A stretch of 64,000 nt of DNA from an uncultured candidate division Zixibacteria bacterium (GCA_963713865.1 OY970208.1:416001-480000), one strand, 5' to 3'; shown: positions 1 through 11,136, counted from the stretch's first letter. The notes: generated by a model from the letters alone, not told the origin. A program made the numbers and translations.

Positions 1-346
1 CTCCTGCACCAATCTTTTTCTCAAAATCTTTAGAGAACTCCAGTGCAGCTGTAATCCTTTTATCCTTTAAGGCGGTACTGTAATCCTTTTCCTGAACGAT
101 TTCAAAGGACTTATTCTCCTTGAGGATAGAGAATATAGATGGAGCTTCATCCCTCCCAATGATTACTAAGGGGTTAACCCTTTCCCCTGTTTTTTTAGCC
201 ATCATCATAGAGAGCGAAGTCATACCGAACATCAGAATCGGAAAAAGAAGGATCGGGACTAAAAGCATAGAGATAAGGGTTCTCCTGTCCCGGAGGATAT
301 CTTTCATCTCTTTGAAATAGATTATCTTTATCTTTTTAAAATTCAT
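1..346 (-). CDS. ABC transporter permease, NatB-like (runs off window start)
   Basis: Manual translation from ATG at 346: MNFKKIKIIYFKEMKDILRDRRTLISMLLVPILLFPILM, a typical ABC-2/NatB N-terminus, directly downstream of the ATPase gene. Confidence 0.8.
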   Translation of the reverse strand, partial: MNFKKIKIIYFKEMKDILRDRRTLISMLLVPILLFPILMFGMTSLSMMMAKKTGERVNPLVIIGRDEAPSIFSILKENKSFEIVQEKDYSTALKDKRITAALEFSKDFEKKIGAG

Positions 347-363
347 TCAAACTCCCCACTAAT

Positions 364-1080
364 TTAACAAAAACCTCGTCTAAATCCTTGAGTCTGGTTT
401 CGGATTGAAGTTTTTCTAAGGTGCCGAACCGCTAAGATTTTCCCTCTATGGATGATAGCGATCTCGTCACAGAGCTTTTCTGCCTCATGCATTATATGGG
501 TGGAGAAAAGAACACACTTATTCTCTTCCTTAGCTCTGCGGATGAACTGGATGATATTTTTTGAGGTTATCACATCTAAACCCAGAGTGGGTTCATCTAA
601 AATCAATACCTCCGGGTCATGTATAATGGTGCGAGCCAAAGAGACCTTTTGCTTCATCCCGGAGGAGAGTTTATCCACCCGTCTATCTCTGAAGTTCTTC
701 ATATCGAAAATCATGAAAATATTTTCTAATCTTTTCTGGATTACCTCCTCCTCTATCCCATTCAATCTGGCAAAATAAGTTACCGTCTCCTCTGCTGTCA
801 ACCTCGGATAAAGGGCGGTATCAGAAGAGAGGAACCCAATAGTGGCTTTTACTTTTTGAGAGTCAGTAAGGATATCGAAACCATTTACCTTTGCGGTTCC
901 AGAAGTTGGCTTTAATACAGTAGAAAGAAGACGCATCAGGGTGGTTTTACCTGCGCCATTTAGCCCTAAGAGTCCAAAAATTTTCCCGGGCTGACATTCC
1001 ATATCTACCTTATCCACCGCCACTATCTCCCCCCTCTTTCTATCCCAAAATATCTTTGTGAGATTAAAGGTTTTTATCAT
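364..1080 (-). CDS. ABC transporter ATP-binding protein, NatA-like; apparent 1-nt frameshift near 3' end
   Basis: Walker A GLNGAGKT, signature LSSGMKQK, Walker B LILDEP, H-loop STH. Confidence 0.88.
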   Translation of the reverse strand: MIKTFNLTKIFWDRKRGEIVAVDKVDMECQPGKIFGLLGLNGAGKTTLMRLLSTVLKPTSGTAKVNGFDILTDSQKVKATIGFLSSDTALYPRLTAEETVTYFARLNGIEEEVIQKRLENIFMIFDMKNFRDRRVDKLSSGMKQKVSLARTIIHDPEVLILDEPTLGLDVITSKNIIQFIRRAKEENKCVLFSTHIMHEAEKLCDEIAIIHRGKILAVRHLRKTSIRNQTQGFRRGFC

Positions 1081-1119
1081 CTTTAAAACTAAGAGGTGAA
1101 ATCCGGATCCTTTTTATTT

Positions 1120-2535
1120 TTAATACTCCGTGGTCTCCCTGGTCCTTTCAGACTCAAACTTTTCCAGCCAGCGCGGGTCTTTTATCTCCCCTTTGGCCGT
1201 AGACTGAACCAACTTGTAAACCCCATAACCTTGTTCATCTACGAAGATGAAGTAGACCCCACCCTGAATATAGTCATAGTTCCACCTCTCCCAGGATTTG
1301 GTTGACATAGAATAAGGGTGCCTTTCGATGTCAGTCGGCTCATCATATACAATATAGACCCTGCCCATATCAGTTTTCCAGCCATCTTTCTCTTTTTTAT
1401 TACTGGTTGAGTATCTGCGGTTTGCTTCTTCCCATCTATTATAATATCCGATTTTAAACTCGTTTTCAGGTGTTAGAGGATCCGGGTCCCTTTTCTTCCA
1501 GAATTCGAGCAAAAACTGGCTTTTGCCAAATAAATTCAGTTGATCATACATCTTTAATTCATCTTTCGTGCTGATGTAAGCGATCATCCTTCTTATAAGT
1601 TTGGCTTCTTCCTCAGTTCTGGGCTCTTCTGCGCTTTCTTGAAGAGACGGACCCAAGACCTGAAAAGGTTTTGTACCTTTGACCTCATCTCCGGAATCAA
1701 GATCTTTAACTAAAAGCTGGAGGAAATATTTACCGGGAGAAAGAGAATTTATATTCAGAGCGCTCATCACCACCGTAGAGTTCCCTGGCTTGGTGTTTAT
1801 CTGATAACCATAATCCTTGGGATTTGAGCCGGCAGAATCCAATATGGAAAAACTCAATGAATAACCCTTCTTCTCTCCCTCTAAATCTGTTTTGAGATTA
1901 TAAATCTCTGCGTAAAAATAGAGCATCGCTGTTTTCGAAATATATTCACCCCGGGGGTTGGGTAGGACCTTCATTCCGGATTTGTTGAATTTAACATCTA
2001 AGGTGTCCTCATCGGATAAGTTTAAAACCAACTGGAGGTCGCTCATCTGTAAAGCACCTCCTTTGAAATCTGGAATCAAAATTTGAGCCTTCTTAACCCC
2101 TACCTTACTGGAATTGAGATCAATAACTTTAAACTCCAGAAAATAGATACCCGGCTTGAGGGTATCTCCCAAGATATCGATCATCTGCACATCAGAGGTT
2201 TCAATTTTTTCCAAATCTGTTACCAAACTCCCGACCTGCCATTTTTTCTCCTTGACTTTTTCTCCTGCCTGATTTGTCAGGATAATCTCCAGAGAGATGA
2301 CGGTTCCGTATCCTTCAACCTGCTTTATATAATCCAGTTCCTTCTGTTCCAGGGAGTAATATATCTCCACATAACTTTTTTCTGTATCTGGTAGATATTT
2401 GAAAGCTCCATAATCCAGATTTATCTTAAGCGAGTCTATAGTTGTGCCCTGAGGCTGACCCTGAGGAACTAAAAAAATCAGAGTAAAAAACAAAAGATAG
2501 ATTATTCCCCTCCTCTGTTCTAACTGTCCTTTCAT
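1120..2535 (-). CDS. GWxTD domain-containing exported protein
   Basis: Signal peptide; FWKKRDPDP..NEF, GWKTDMGRVYIVY motif. Confidence 0.85.
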   Translation of the reverse strand: MKGQLEQRRGIIYLLFFTLIFLVPQGQPQGTTIDSLKINLDYGAFKYLPDTEKSYVEIYYSLEQKELDYIKQVEGYGTVISLEIILTNQAGEKVKEKKWQVGSLVTDLEKIETSDVQMIDILGDTLKPGIYFLEFKVIDLNSSKVGVKKAQILIPDFKGGALQMSDLQLVLNLSDEDTLDVKFNKSGMKVLPNPRGEYISKTAMLYFYAEIYNLKTDLEGEKKGYSLSFSILDSAGSNPKDYGYQINTKPGNSTVVMSALNINSLSPGKYFLQLLVKDLDSGDEVKGTKPFQVLGPSLQESAEEPRTEEEAKLIRRMIAYISTKDELKMYDQLNLFGKSQFLLEFWKKRDPDPLTPENEFKIGYYNRWEEANRRYSTSNKKEKDGWKTDMGRVYIVYDEPTDIERHPYSMSTKSWERWNYDYIQGGVYFIFVDEQGYGVYKLVQSTAKGEIKDPRWLEKFESERTRETTEY

Positions 2536-2595
2536 TTTTATCTCTCCTTTTTAAAATTGTTTTATTAAAAATTGAGGGGGATCTATGCTCGATTT

Positions 2596-3951
2596 TCACC
2601 TTCTGCCATCATAGGGATATTGAAGCTCATATTCTCCATGGCCAGTTACATCTACAAACAGGAATTTGCGATTGAGCCTGTAATAATACCAAACCAGATA
2701 GGATTTGGTGCTGAGCTCAAAAGGATGTCTATCCACTTCGTCTGGCGGACCAAACTTGATATAGACCATCCCCATATCGGTCTTATATCCCTCCTTATCG
2801 TAGATTCCGAAGTGTTCATTTGCATATTTCACCCTTTTATAATACTCCTCCATCAATTCATTCTCCGGTGTATCCGGGGTAGGGTCTTTAGATTTCCAGA
2901 AGTCTATCCATCTTTTTGTCCTATCTTCTTCCTTTGCATTTTTTAGATCTTTTAGTTCTTTATCCGAAGCCACATGGCGCAAAAGATCCACTGCCTTGGG
3001 GTAGTTGTTCTTCACCTGATAGAGCAGTGACCACTCAATATTCATCTCCTTTTGTGCTTTTGCCCTGACCCTCCCTTCCTTGTTCACGAGCTTAAGACGA
3101 AGGGTATAGGTTCCATCTTTTATTTCGCCAATTTTAATCTCTTTGAAATCATAGAAGCTCTGATCCGCTGCTGGTTGAAGTGGAATTCTGGAGGTATCTC
3201 TTAAGACTACAGCCTTATTACTTGTCTCTAATTCGTAGATTATCAAATACTCTTCTGCTCTTAAAGATTTAAAATTATAGATCTCATAATAAATCCAGAA
3301 AAGGGGTTCAGGATCACCGAAAATGCCTGAAACGCTGGGGATAACCTCTCTGCCTCGTTTGGTGAACTTGGAGGAATCCTGGTTCTCCTTCACGTCTCGA
3401 GCCAATTCTATACCACTAAAAGCTGGATCGTTACTCTTCAGAGAAGCAACACTGACCTGCTGTTCCGATTTAAGCACCTGATTGGAATTATGGTCGATTA
3501 GCTTAAAACTCAACTTGTACTCTCCAGCTGGAACTGATAAATTAACCTGGTTAATCAAGAAATTTGAAGGTGATTGAGTTTCCTGATAACTCTCAACCAT
3601 ATATTCTTCCTCATGGGAGCTGGCAGTAAACTGCTCATTTTTACTGAAAAGCACAATCTCGACCTCATAGCTGGCTTTGAACTTATCCTGTTCCTTTATG
3701 AAGGTGAATTTGTGGTTGAAAACCTTATAATAGATCTCTAATCTCCAGTTCTCCTCTTGTCCTTCTTTTCCTGTGGATCCGTTATCGAAGAAACAGGCAT
3801 AATCCAAGAAAATCCCCTTCTCTTCCGGTTCTTCTAAATATCCGAAATCGGTTTGTGAAAAAGCCCTGGGGATGAAAAACAAAGAAAGGCTCAAAATCAG
3901 TCCAAAACGGATACATCTAGAAAATGTAACCTTAGTTTTCATACTCTTCAT
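2596..3951 (-). CDS. GWxTD domain-containing exported protein (GYKTD variant)
   Basis: Signal peptide; FWKSKDPTP..NEL, GYKTDMGMVYIKFGPPD. Confidence 0.85.
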   Translation of the reverse strand: MKSMKTKVTFSRCIRFGLILSLSLFFIPRAFSQTDFGYLEEPEEKGIFLDYACFFDNGSTGKEGQEENWRLEIYYKVFNHKFTFIKEQDKFKASYEVEIVLFSKNEQFTASSHEEEYMVESYQETQSPSNFLINQVNLSVPAGEYKLSFKLIDHNSNQVLKSEQQVSVASLKSNDPAFSGIELARDVKENQDSSKFTKRGREVIPSVSGIFGDPEPLFWIYYEIYNFKSLRAEEYLIIYELETSNKAVVLRDTSRIPLQPAADQSFYDFKEIKIGEIKDGTYTLRLKLVNKEGRVRAKAQKEMNIEWSLLYQVKNNYPKAVDLLRHVASDKELKDLKNAKEEDRTKRWIDFWKSKDPTPDTPENELMEEYYKRVKYANEHFGIYDKEGYKTDMGMVYIKFGPPDEVDRHPFELSTKSYLVWYYYRLNRKFLFVDVTGHGEYELQYPYDGRR

Positions 3952-4056
3952 TTTACAATATACCTGAATTTATGAGAAATATCCATAAAAAATTTTACCC
4001 AGCTTTCTCTTATAATTACTCTAAACCCCACTTTTATATTTGATGCTGCCCTTTCA

Positions 4057-4226
4057 GGGACTGTTGAAAAAGTGTTTTTGGGGTGCAAAAGCTTGTTTTT
4101 ACGATTTTTTAGAAATTTAGATCTCTTTAGATTTCAACTACTTAGATTTTTGAGAAAAATAGCACCAGCCTCAAGGTCAACTTCGACAAGCTGGTGCACT
4201 CCGATTCAGGGTTTTTCAACACACCC
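4057..4226. mobile_element. MITE-like element with 15-bp imperfect terminal inverted repeats
   Basis: gggactgttgaaaaa (4057-4071) vs tttttcaacacaccc (4212-4226), 13/15 complementary; related ends at 23742-23879. Confidence 0.55.
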
Positions 4227-4228
4227 TT

Positions 4229-5485
4229 TTATTCGTACCTTAAGGAGATAATCGGGTCCACTTTGGCTGCCCGGTAAGCTGGATAGATGCCGAATATAAG
4301 CCCAACTCCGACAGCGACTGAGAAACCTATGATTACCCAGGGTAGGGAGATGCTGGCAGGCAAAGGGGTAGTTAAAGCTATAAGCTGGCTCAAAAGAAGC
4401 CCTATAGCTATACCCAGAACCCCGCCTGTTCCACTCAGGGTCATGGCCTCAATCAAAAACTGCCAGATGATATCCTTTTTTTTGGCTCCGATGGCTTTCC
4501 TTATCCCTATTTCCCTCGTTCTCTCCGTAACCGAGACCAGCATTATGTTCATCACCCCTACCCCCCCGACTAAAAGACCTATAGAGGAGATCACCACCAT
4601 TACCATATAAATAGCACTGGTGATCTGATGATAGACATTCATCAGGTCATCCTGAGTGGAGACGGCGAAATCATCCGGTTTATCGTAAGGGACAGCTCTC
4701 CTTCTTCTCATCATCTCAGTTATTTCGCCAATCGCCTTAGATATCAGCTCTGGTGATCTAGGCTTAGCAATTAAAAGCAGCTCCTTTTCCTCAGGGTAAA
4801 GTATATGGTAAGTACCATAAGGCAGTAGGACAAAATTGTTCATGCTTTCGCCCAATAGATTAGGCCTTTTCTCCATTACTCCTACAACTGTAAACTTCTT
4901 AGGTGAAAAGTTTGCCCCTCCCATTAATATCTCTTTGCCAATCGGGTCCTGAAAAGGAAATAGTTTCTCTTTCACATCTGGCCCTAAGACGATTACCTCA
5001 GCTTTATATTTTATATCCGAATCGGTGAAAAACCTTCCCTCCGCTACAAAATTGTTATTGACCACCTCATATTCCGGGGTAACGCCGATTAGCTGGAAAC
5101 CGGTTACCTCTTCTTTCCTGAATTTTATGATTTTGGATCCGGGTCCCCAATTCTGGGGAGAAACCTCGCTTATCGAAGGACAGTATTCCCTCACAGCCAT
5201 AGCATCCTCAAAAGTGATTGGTTTGCGATTCCTTTCCTCCTCCGGAATACGACCCATACGGATTCCAATCTTCTCTTTAGTAACATAAATGACATTTGAG
5301 CCTAAGGACTCTATCTGGGCAGCCATACTGTTATTCAAACCCTGGATAATCGAGACCATTCCGATAACTGCAGTCACCCCGATTAGAACCCCCAAGATAG
5401 TTAATAAAGAACGCATCTTGTTAGCCTTAAGCGCCGCCCAGGCCATCAACATACCTTCTCTTATCTCAAATAGATTCATCGTCAA
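4229..5485 (-). CDS. MacB/FtsX-family ABC permease
   Basis: RSLLTILGVLIGV N-terminal helix; GGVGVMNIMLVSVTERTREIGIRKAIGA. Confidence 0.92.
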   Translation of the reverse strand: MTMNLFEIREGMLMAWAALKANKMRSLLTILGVLIGVTAVIGMVSIIQGLNNSMAAQIESLGSNVIYVTKEKIGIRMGRIPEEERNRKPITFEDAMAVREYCPSISEVSPQNWGPGSKIIKFRKEEVTGFQLIGVTPEYEVVNNNFVAEGRFFTDSDIKYKAEVIVLGPDVKEKLFPFQDPIGKEILMGGANFSPKKFTVVGVMEKRPNLLGESMNNFVLLPYGTYHILYPEEKELLLIAKPRSPELISKAIGEITEMMRRRRAVPYDKPDDFAVSTQDDLMNVYHQITSAIYMVMVVISSIGLLVGGVGVMNIMLVSVTERTREIGIRKAIGAKKKDIIWQFLIEAMTLSGTGGVLGIAIGLLLSQLIALTTPLPASISLPWVIIGFSVAVGVGLIFGIYPAYRAAKVDPIISLRYE

Positions 5486-5656
5486 CCTATTCTTTATTCC
5501 TATTTGAATTCTACTAAAAAATCAAATCCGCCTGAGGTGGATAGCTTTACCTTTATTCAAGTTAAAAGAATCATTCTGATAGACCTAAAGGTTTATACTC
5601 CAATCTCTTTCTAAAACTACTTTTTCAATATTTTCTCTCTTATCTCTTACCTTTTT

Positions 5657-6874
5657 CTATTCATATCTCAGGCAAGCTATCGGATCCAGCTTGGCGGCCT
5701 TCATCGCCGGAAATATTCCGAAGAAAAGCCCTACTGAGGTAGCGATGATTAACCCGGTAATAACTGACCAGGCTTCAATTGCGGCTGGAAGTGGAGTAGT
5801 TGCAGCAATGATCTTAGCTATAAGGCTACCTAAGCTAACCCCGATTAAACCTCCAACTAAGGCTAAAGTAACCGCTTCAACTAAAAACTGCCAGAGTATA
5901 TTTTTCTTCTTCGCACCTACTGCCTTACGGATACCGATCTCCTTGGTTCTCTCTGTTACTGAGACCAGCATTATATTCATAATAACAATACCTCCAACCA
6001 CCAGAGCAATTGACGAAACCCCGATCATAACTAAGAAAGCGGTAGAGGTGAAAGTCCGATATAAATCCATAAAAGTATCAGAGGTCATAATGGCGAAATC
6101 ATCCGGCTTATCATAGGGAACATTTCTTCTGGTTCTGAGAACTAAGCGGACTTGATCTTGAGCTTCCTGCATTGAGCCAAAATTCTCCACCTTGACAAAG
6201 ATAGACATAAACCTTTTGGTTCCGAAAAGTTTACTGAAGGTGGTAATGGGGATTAAGACGAAATCGTCCTGATTCTCTCCCAAGAAAGTCCCTCTTTTCG
6301 TAGCTATTCCTACAACTCTGAAGTAATAATTCCCTATCTTGAGGTCTCTACCTAAGGGATCCTGGTTAGGAAATAGATTGTCCGCAATCTCCCATCCGAT
6401 AAGAACTACCCTTCTATTATGCTCATTTTCAAATTCAGAAGGGTACCTTCCACTGCTCAAATTTATGTCTGAGATCTCAGTTATGTTAGCAGTTGCTCCA
6501 GCTACAGCTATGTCACTAACATATTTCTCTCTATATTTAATTTTTTTAAAGGCAACCGCCCGAGCTCCAACCTTCCAGCACAACGGGCATCTTTCCTTTA
6601 TCGCCTCCATATCCTGCAGGGCAAAGTCTTTTCTTTTCAGCGCTTTTAAGTAGTCTTCTTCGCTCATAGTTATGCCGAACTTGTTCACAAAGAACGTGGA
6701 TGAGCCTAAAGCGTTGATTTGGTCAGCTACGTATTTGTTCATTCCGGCGATGATCGAGACTACTGCGATAACGGTCATAACCCCGATTATCACCCCGATC
6801 AGGGTGAGAATAGACCTGAGCTTATTTGAGATCAAAGACCTCAATGCCATCCCCACACTTTCTAAAAACTGCAA
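5657..6874 (-). CDS. MacB/FtsX-family ABC permease (paralog)
   Basis: RSILTLIGVIIGV; GGIVIMNIMLVSVTERTKEIGIRKAVGA. Confidence 0.92.
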   Translation of the reverse strand: MQFLESVGMALRSLISNKLRSILTLIGVIIGVMTVIAVVSIIAGMNKYVADQINALGSSTFFVNKFGITMSEEDYLKALKRKDFALQDMEAIKERCPLCWKVGARAVAFKKIKYREKYVSDIAVAGATANITEISDINLSSGRYPSEFENEHNRRVVLIGWEIADNLFPNQDPLGRDLKIGNYYFRVVGIATKRGTFLGENQDDFVLIPITTFSKLFGTKRFMSIFVKVENFGSMQEAQDQVRLVLRTRRNVPYDKPDDFAIMTSDTFMDLYRTFTSTAFLVMIGVSSIALVVGGIVIMNIMLVSVTERTKEIGIRKAVGAKKKNILWQFLVEAVTLALVGGLIGVSLGSLIAKIIAATTPLPAAIEAWSVITGLIIATSVGLFFGIFPAMKAAKLDPIACLRYE

Positions 6875-6899
6875 TCTTTTCCTCCATCAGAGAATAAAT

Positions 6900-7586
6900 T
6901 TATTTTAACCTTTCATCCTTCTCGATCATTCCATCCCGGATATGAACCACTCTATCAGCATATTTGGCTATGTCCGGCTCATGGGTAACAATAATCACTG
7001 TATTCCCCTCCGTATGCAACCGGTCAAAGAGTTTCATGATTTCCACTCCGGTGGCTGTATCCAGATTGCCGGTCGGTTCATCTGCTAAGATTAGCGAAGG
7101 GTTGTTCACTATTGCCCTGGCTATTGCTACCCTCTGTCTCTCCCCTCCAGAAAGCTCATTCGGTTTATGGGTAATCCTGACTTCTAAGTCAACCATCTTC
7201 AGGGCTTTTCTTGCTTTCTCTAACCTTTCTTTTGATTCAGTTCCGTTATAGATCAACGGAAGCTCCACATTATGCAGTGCAGTTGCTCTGGGTAAAAGGT
7301 TAAAAGTTTGGAACACAAACCCGATCTCTTTATTGCGGATAAAAGCTAATTCATCATCGTTCATCTGGCTCACCAGTCTGCTGTTGAGATAATATTTCCC
7401 CTGGGTGGGCGTATCCAAACACCCGATTAGATTCATAAGAGTCGACTTCCCGGAACCAGACGGTCCCATTATCGCCAGATACTCCCCTTTTTTCACTTCT
7501 AAATCAACCCCTCTTAAGGCCTGGACTTGAACCTTTTCGTTCCCGATCTCATATACCTTCCAGAGATTCTCAGTTTTAATCAGCAC
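6900..7586 (-). CDS. MacB/LolD-type ABC ATP-binding protein
   Basis: [32 protein letters not shown]. Confidence 0.93.
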   Translation of the reverse strand: MLIKTENLWKVYEIGNEKVQVQALRGVDLEVKKGEYLAIMGPSGSGKSTLMNLIGCLDTPTQGKYYLNSRLVSQMNDDELAFIRNKEIGFVFQTFNLLPRATALHNVELPLIYNGTESKERLEKARKALKMVDLEVRITHKPNELSGGERQRVAIARAIVNNPSLILADEPTGNLDTATGVEIMKLFDRLHTEGNTVIIVTHEPDIAKYADRVVHIRDGMIEKDERLK

Positions 7587-7587
7587 T

Positions 7588-8823
7588 TTAACTTCCCTCT
7601 TTTTTCTCTATTTTTTTCTCAATCTTGATCCTATCCCCATCTTTTAAGGTTCTTAAGATCTTATAACTGCCAGTGATTATCTGGTCATTTTCCTTTAAAC
7701 CGGTAACTACTTCTATATTCTGCTGATCGGAAATTCCGCTTTTAATAGGAATGAATTTTGCCTTGCTTTTCTCAACCAAAAAGACCCCATCCAGCTCTTT
7801 TTTCTTCTTATTATTATTTTTTTCTTCTTCCGAGGAAGAGGCTAAGGCAGTAGCTTTACCTTCTTTGGATTTGGTATTCAGTGTATCTTTTTTCTCCTCT
7901 CGCATCACCACTGCGGCAATCGGGATCTGCAAAACGTCTTTATGAGAAGCGGTGGTAATATCCACTGAGGCTGACATACCGGGTTTTACCCCATTCACCT
8001 CATCTAAGAGCAAAACCTTAACCAGAAAATTGACCACCTGATCCTGGGTGCCATAACCGGTGATTTTAGCGGTATTGCCTATCTCTGAAACCTCTCCGTT
8101 AAAAACCGTATCCGGGAAAGCATCTATCTTTATTTTTGATTCCTGACCCAATTTCACCTCTGCGATATCGGTCTCGTCTACTTCTACTTCTACCTCGAAA
8201 AGAGATATGTCAGATATGGTCATGATCTCAGTTGGATTGTAAGTAGCACCGGTTACCATCTCCCCTTCTTTTTTCATCAACTCTGTAATCTTTCCATCCA
8301 TTGGAGCGGTAATGGTGGTTTTAGCCAAGAGATCGTTAGCTTGCCTAAGAGAAGCTGAGCTTTGATCATATTGAGCCTTAGCTATATTATACTCGGTCAT
8401 GCTTGCATCGTACTGTTCTTTGGAGGTAAGATTTTTTTCAAATAATTTCTTCTGGCGTTCAAAAACCAGTTCAGTCTGCTCAAAATTAGCTTTGGCAGAG
8501 TTTAATTGGGCAGTAGCTTGAGCAGCAGCAGATTTATATTCAGATGGGTCGATCTGAACCAGAAGCTGTCCTCTTTTAACCCAATCCCCATCCTTAACCG
8601 AAAGACTTATTATCACTCCCGGGACAGTAGCGCTGATCTTTACATCCTTTTTCGCTTGAACCTTTCCACTCCCTGTGACTATAGAGGCTATATCTCCTTT
8701 TTTGACTTTATCAACCTCCACCTTATAGACTTTTTCGCCGGATCGGGATAGATTGAGTAAAACGATAATCAATATTACAGCTATTACCACTACCCCGATT
8801 ATGATCTTACTTCTCTTCTTCAT
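7588..8823 (-). CDS. Efflux periplasmic adaptor (MacA/HlyD family)
   Basis: N-terminal TM anchor, lipoyl halves, coiled-coil hairpin, [13 protein letters not shown]. Confidence 0.9.
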   Translation of the reverse strand: MKKRSKIIIGVVVIAVILIIVLLNLSRSGEKVYKVEVDKVKKGDIASIVTGSGKVQAKKDVKISATVPGVIISLSVKDGDWVKRGQLLVQIDPSEYKSAAAQATAQLNSAKANFEQTELVFERQKKLFEKNLTSKEQYDASMTEYNIAKAQYDQSSASLRQANDLLAKTTITAPMDGKITELMKKEGEMVTGATYNPTEIMTISDISLFEVEVEVDETDIAEVKLGQESKIKIDAFPDTVFNGEVSEIGNTAKITGYGTQDQVVNFLVKVLLLDEVNGVKPGMSASVDITTASHKDVLQIPIAAVVMREEKKDTLNTKSKEGKATALASSSEEEKNNNKKKKELDGVFLVEKSKAKFIPIKSGISDQQNIEVVTGLKENDQIITGSYKILRTLKDGDRIKIEKKIEKKEGS

Positions 8824-8850
8824 AAATCTCCTCCAGTTTTTCTAATCCAC

Positions 8851-10131
8851 TTATTTGTCTATAGCTTTTTCAAATTGAGCTAAAGCTAAATTATAATCGT
8901 ACAGGGCTTGAACCTGGTTACTTTTGGCAGTTTTGTAGGAAACATTAGCATCTAAAAGCTCAAGGATAGATGCCGCACCCAGGTTGTATTTCTCCTGGGT
9001 TAATTTCAAATCCTCTTCGGCTGATTTCAAAGCATCATCCGTCAGTTGAATCTTCTGCTCTGCTTCTTTCACCGAAAGATAAGCCTGTTTTATCTCTAAT
9101 TCCAAATCCCTCCTGCTCTGCTTCAGGCTCTCTTTGGCTAAATTAAGCTGAGCCTTAGCACTTCTAACTTTGGAGGTGGTTAGAAAACCTTCAAATATAT
9201 TCAGGCTGATATTTATCCCGATCCCCCAGGAATCGTTCTTCTCTATATCCCGGCTTGAAGGAAATCCATAGCTGTTCCAGGAATAACTGCCCGAGAAAGA
9301 TATGTTGGGGAAATTGCCTCCTCTGGCAATGGTCAGGCTTGAATGAGCCTGATTTACTCCCATCTCGGCTTTATCGATCTGCGGATGATTTCCTAATGCT
9401 TTCCTGGTCTCCTCTTCTAAGTTAACTTCCAGCTTCTTATATCCTAACTTGGCATCTATCTCTAAGGGGGTATTTATATCTATACCTAACAAGCTGTTCA
9501 AGCTGGCTTCAGTTAATTTCACGTTGTTGGCATAAGTAATCAAATTCAGACTATCGTTCCCCAACTGCACTTTTGCCTTAAGATAATCGGAAAGGGAGGC
9601 AGAGCCTAAATCATACCTCGCTTTTGCCATGTTGAGCTGTTCGATACTCTTCTTCACTGCATCCTGCTGAACGTCATACAGCATCTGAGCTTTCAAAAGA
9701 TTATAACAGCCCTCTTTTACACTCAATGCCACAGATTTTTCTGCTAATTTTAAATCGTCCCAGGCTGACCTCTTTCCCGCTCTTCTCAAATTGAAACTCG
9801 CCCAGTTTGAACCACCGTCAAAAATAGTTTGGCTTACTCCAAGACTAAAACGATACTCATCATAATCTAATCTCTCCGGAAATGCATTTTGAATCGTCCA
9901 GCCCGAGGAAAGACCAAGGCTGGGCAATAAACCTGACCAGCCACCCAATAGCTCCCATCTGGCGGATTTATAATTCTCCTGGGCAGAACGAGCTTCAAAG
10001 TTGTTCTTCAGGGCTATCTGCACACAATCATCGATGGTGAGAACTTTTGGGGGAACCTCCTGTGCTTGCGCTAAAAAACCGGCCCAGAAGAAAAATATTA
10101 CCCAGAATGCAAAAAATACTCCTTTTTTCAT
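8851..10131 (-). CDS. TolC-family outer membrane efflux protein
   Basis: Signal peptide, two OEP repeats (ARYDLGSAS / EKYNLGAAS), operon context. Confidence 0.9.
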   Translation of the reverse strand: MKKGVFFAFWVIFFFWAGFLAQAQEVPPKVLTIDDCVQIALKNNFEARSAQENYKSARWELLGGWSGLLPSLGLSSGWTIQNAFPERLDYDEYRFSLGVSQTIFDGGSNWASFNLRRAGKRSAWDDLKLAEKSVALSVKEGCYNLLKAQMLYDVQQDAVKKSIEQLNMAKARYDLGSASLSDYLKAKVQLGNDSLNLITYANNVKLTEASLNSLLGIDINTPLEIDAKLGYKKLEVNLEEETRKALGNHPQIDKAEMGVNQAHSSLTIARGGNFPNISFSGSYSWNSYGFPSSRDIEKNDSWGIGINISLNIFEGFLTTSKVRSAKAQLNLAKESLKQSRRDLELEIKQAYLSVKEAEQKIQLTDDALKSAEEDLKLTQEKYNLGAASILELLDANVSYKTAKSNQVQALYDYNLALAQFEKAIDK

Positions 10132-10153
10132 TTATACTCCTTTTAAAAGTTTT

Positions 10154-10897
10154 TTACCAGCTAACCGGCACCCCGGAAATTGACATCCCCATCACACCCA
10201 AACCAATTCCCAGACATACCAATATTATCCAGCTTATAAAAACTGCAATGAATGCTTTGGTCATAGAGAATTTATATAGAACAGTCATACCCAAGATTAT
10301 CAAGATTATCTCCCAGATAGAAAAAATATCAAAAGCTGAGAGGAGCATATATCTAATCTTGGTGAAATCACCTTCAGGCATCAACAATGCCAGACCTGTT
10401 TGCACATCTGCTGAATTTTTCGCTAAGATCAAAGGGGTTTTAAGAATTCCCCCTAAGACAGTTATAAAAGATATATAGGTTACAACCGATAAGACCTTTT
10501 TGTAACTGCTGTCTCCACCGAGAATGATATTGCAGAAAAAATAGACCAGGGAGGTAAGAAGAAAAAGTCCGATAAGAGTCTTTATGATCTCACCTACAGC
10601 TGTGCTTATCCTCGCTGTTGTAGTAACCTCAGTCATTTTCTCCAACAATTCCGGAGAAGAAGAAAACCTGGGTATATTGGAAACAATCTCCTTCTGTTGA
10701 AGAAGACTCTGTGGTAAAATTATCTCCGCTATAATTATGCCAATTATCAAAATGAGAATAAAGGCAAAAAGCCAGGAAGGCTTGTTGTTCAAAAAACTGA
10801 AAACCTTTTTCGGTTCAAAAAAGACCCCAAAGACCCTGGACAAAAACCCCATCTTCTCCTCTGTTTCAGGTTCCTGCGATTTTAGTTCCTCTTCCAT
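10154..10897 (-). CDS. YIP1-family membrane protein
   Basis: VFFEPKKVF N-terminal motif, about 5 TM helices, first gene of the TolC/MacAB operon. Confidence 0.7.
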   Translation of the reverse strand: MEEELKSQEPETEEKMGFLSRVFGVFFEPKKVFSFLNNKPSWLFAFILILIIGIIIAEIILPQSLLQQKEIVSNIPRFSSSPELLEKMTEVTTTARISTAVGEIIKTLIGLFLLTSLVYFFCNIILGGDSSYKKVLSVVTYISFITVLGGILKTPLILAKNSADVQTGLALLMPEGDFTKIRYMLLSAFDIFSIWEIILIILGMTVLYKFSMTKAFIAVFISWIILVCLGIGLGVMGMSISGVPVSW

Positions 10898-11136
10898 TCT
10901 TCCTCCTTAAAAATAGATTATACAATTATTTTAACGTAATAAAACCTAAAAAGTTTCAAAAATCAACTGAAATCGGAGTTTGATATAAGTATTGTTTTTG
11001 CGGGAGATAAAGGATGTAAATAGTGCTTATTTTTCTCTGCTCTTCGCTGGTGTCCTCACTAACGAAGAAATAGTCTTTGGTGAAGAAATCAATGACCAGC
11101 GGAAAAGTCTAAAAATCTTGAGATATTTTTAGAATC

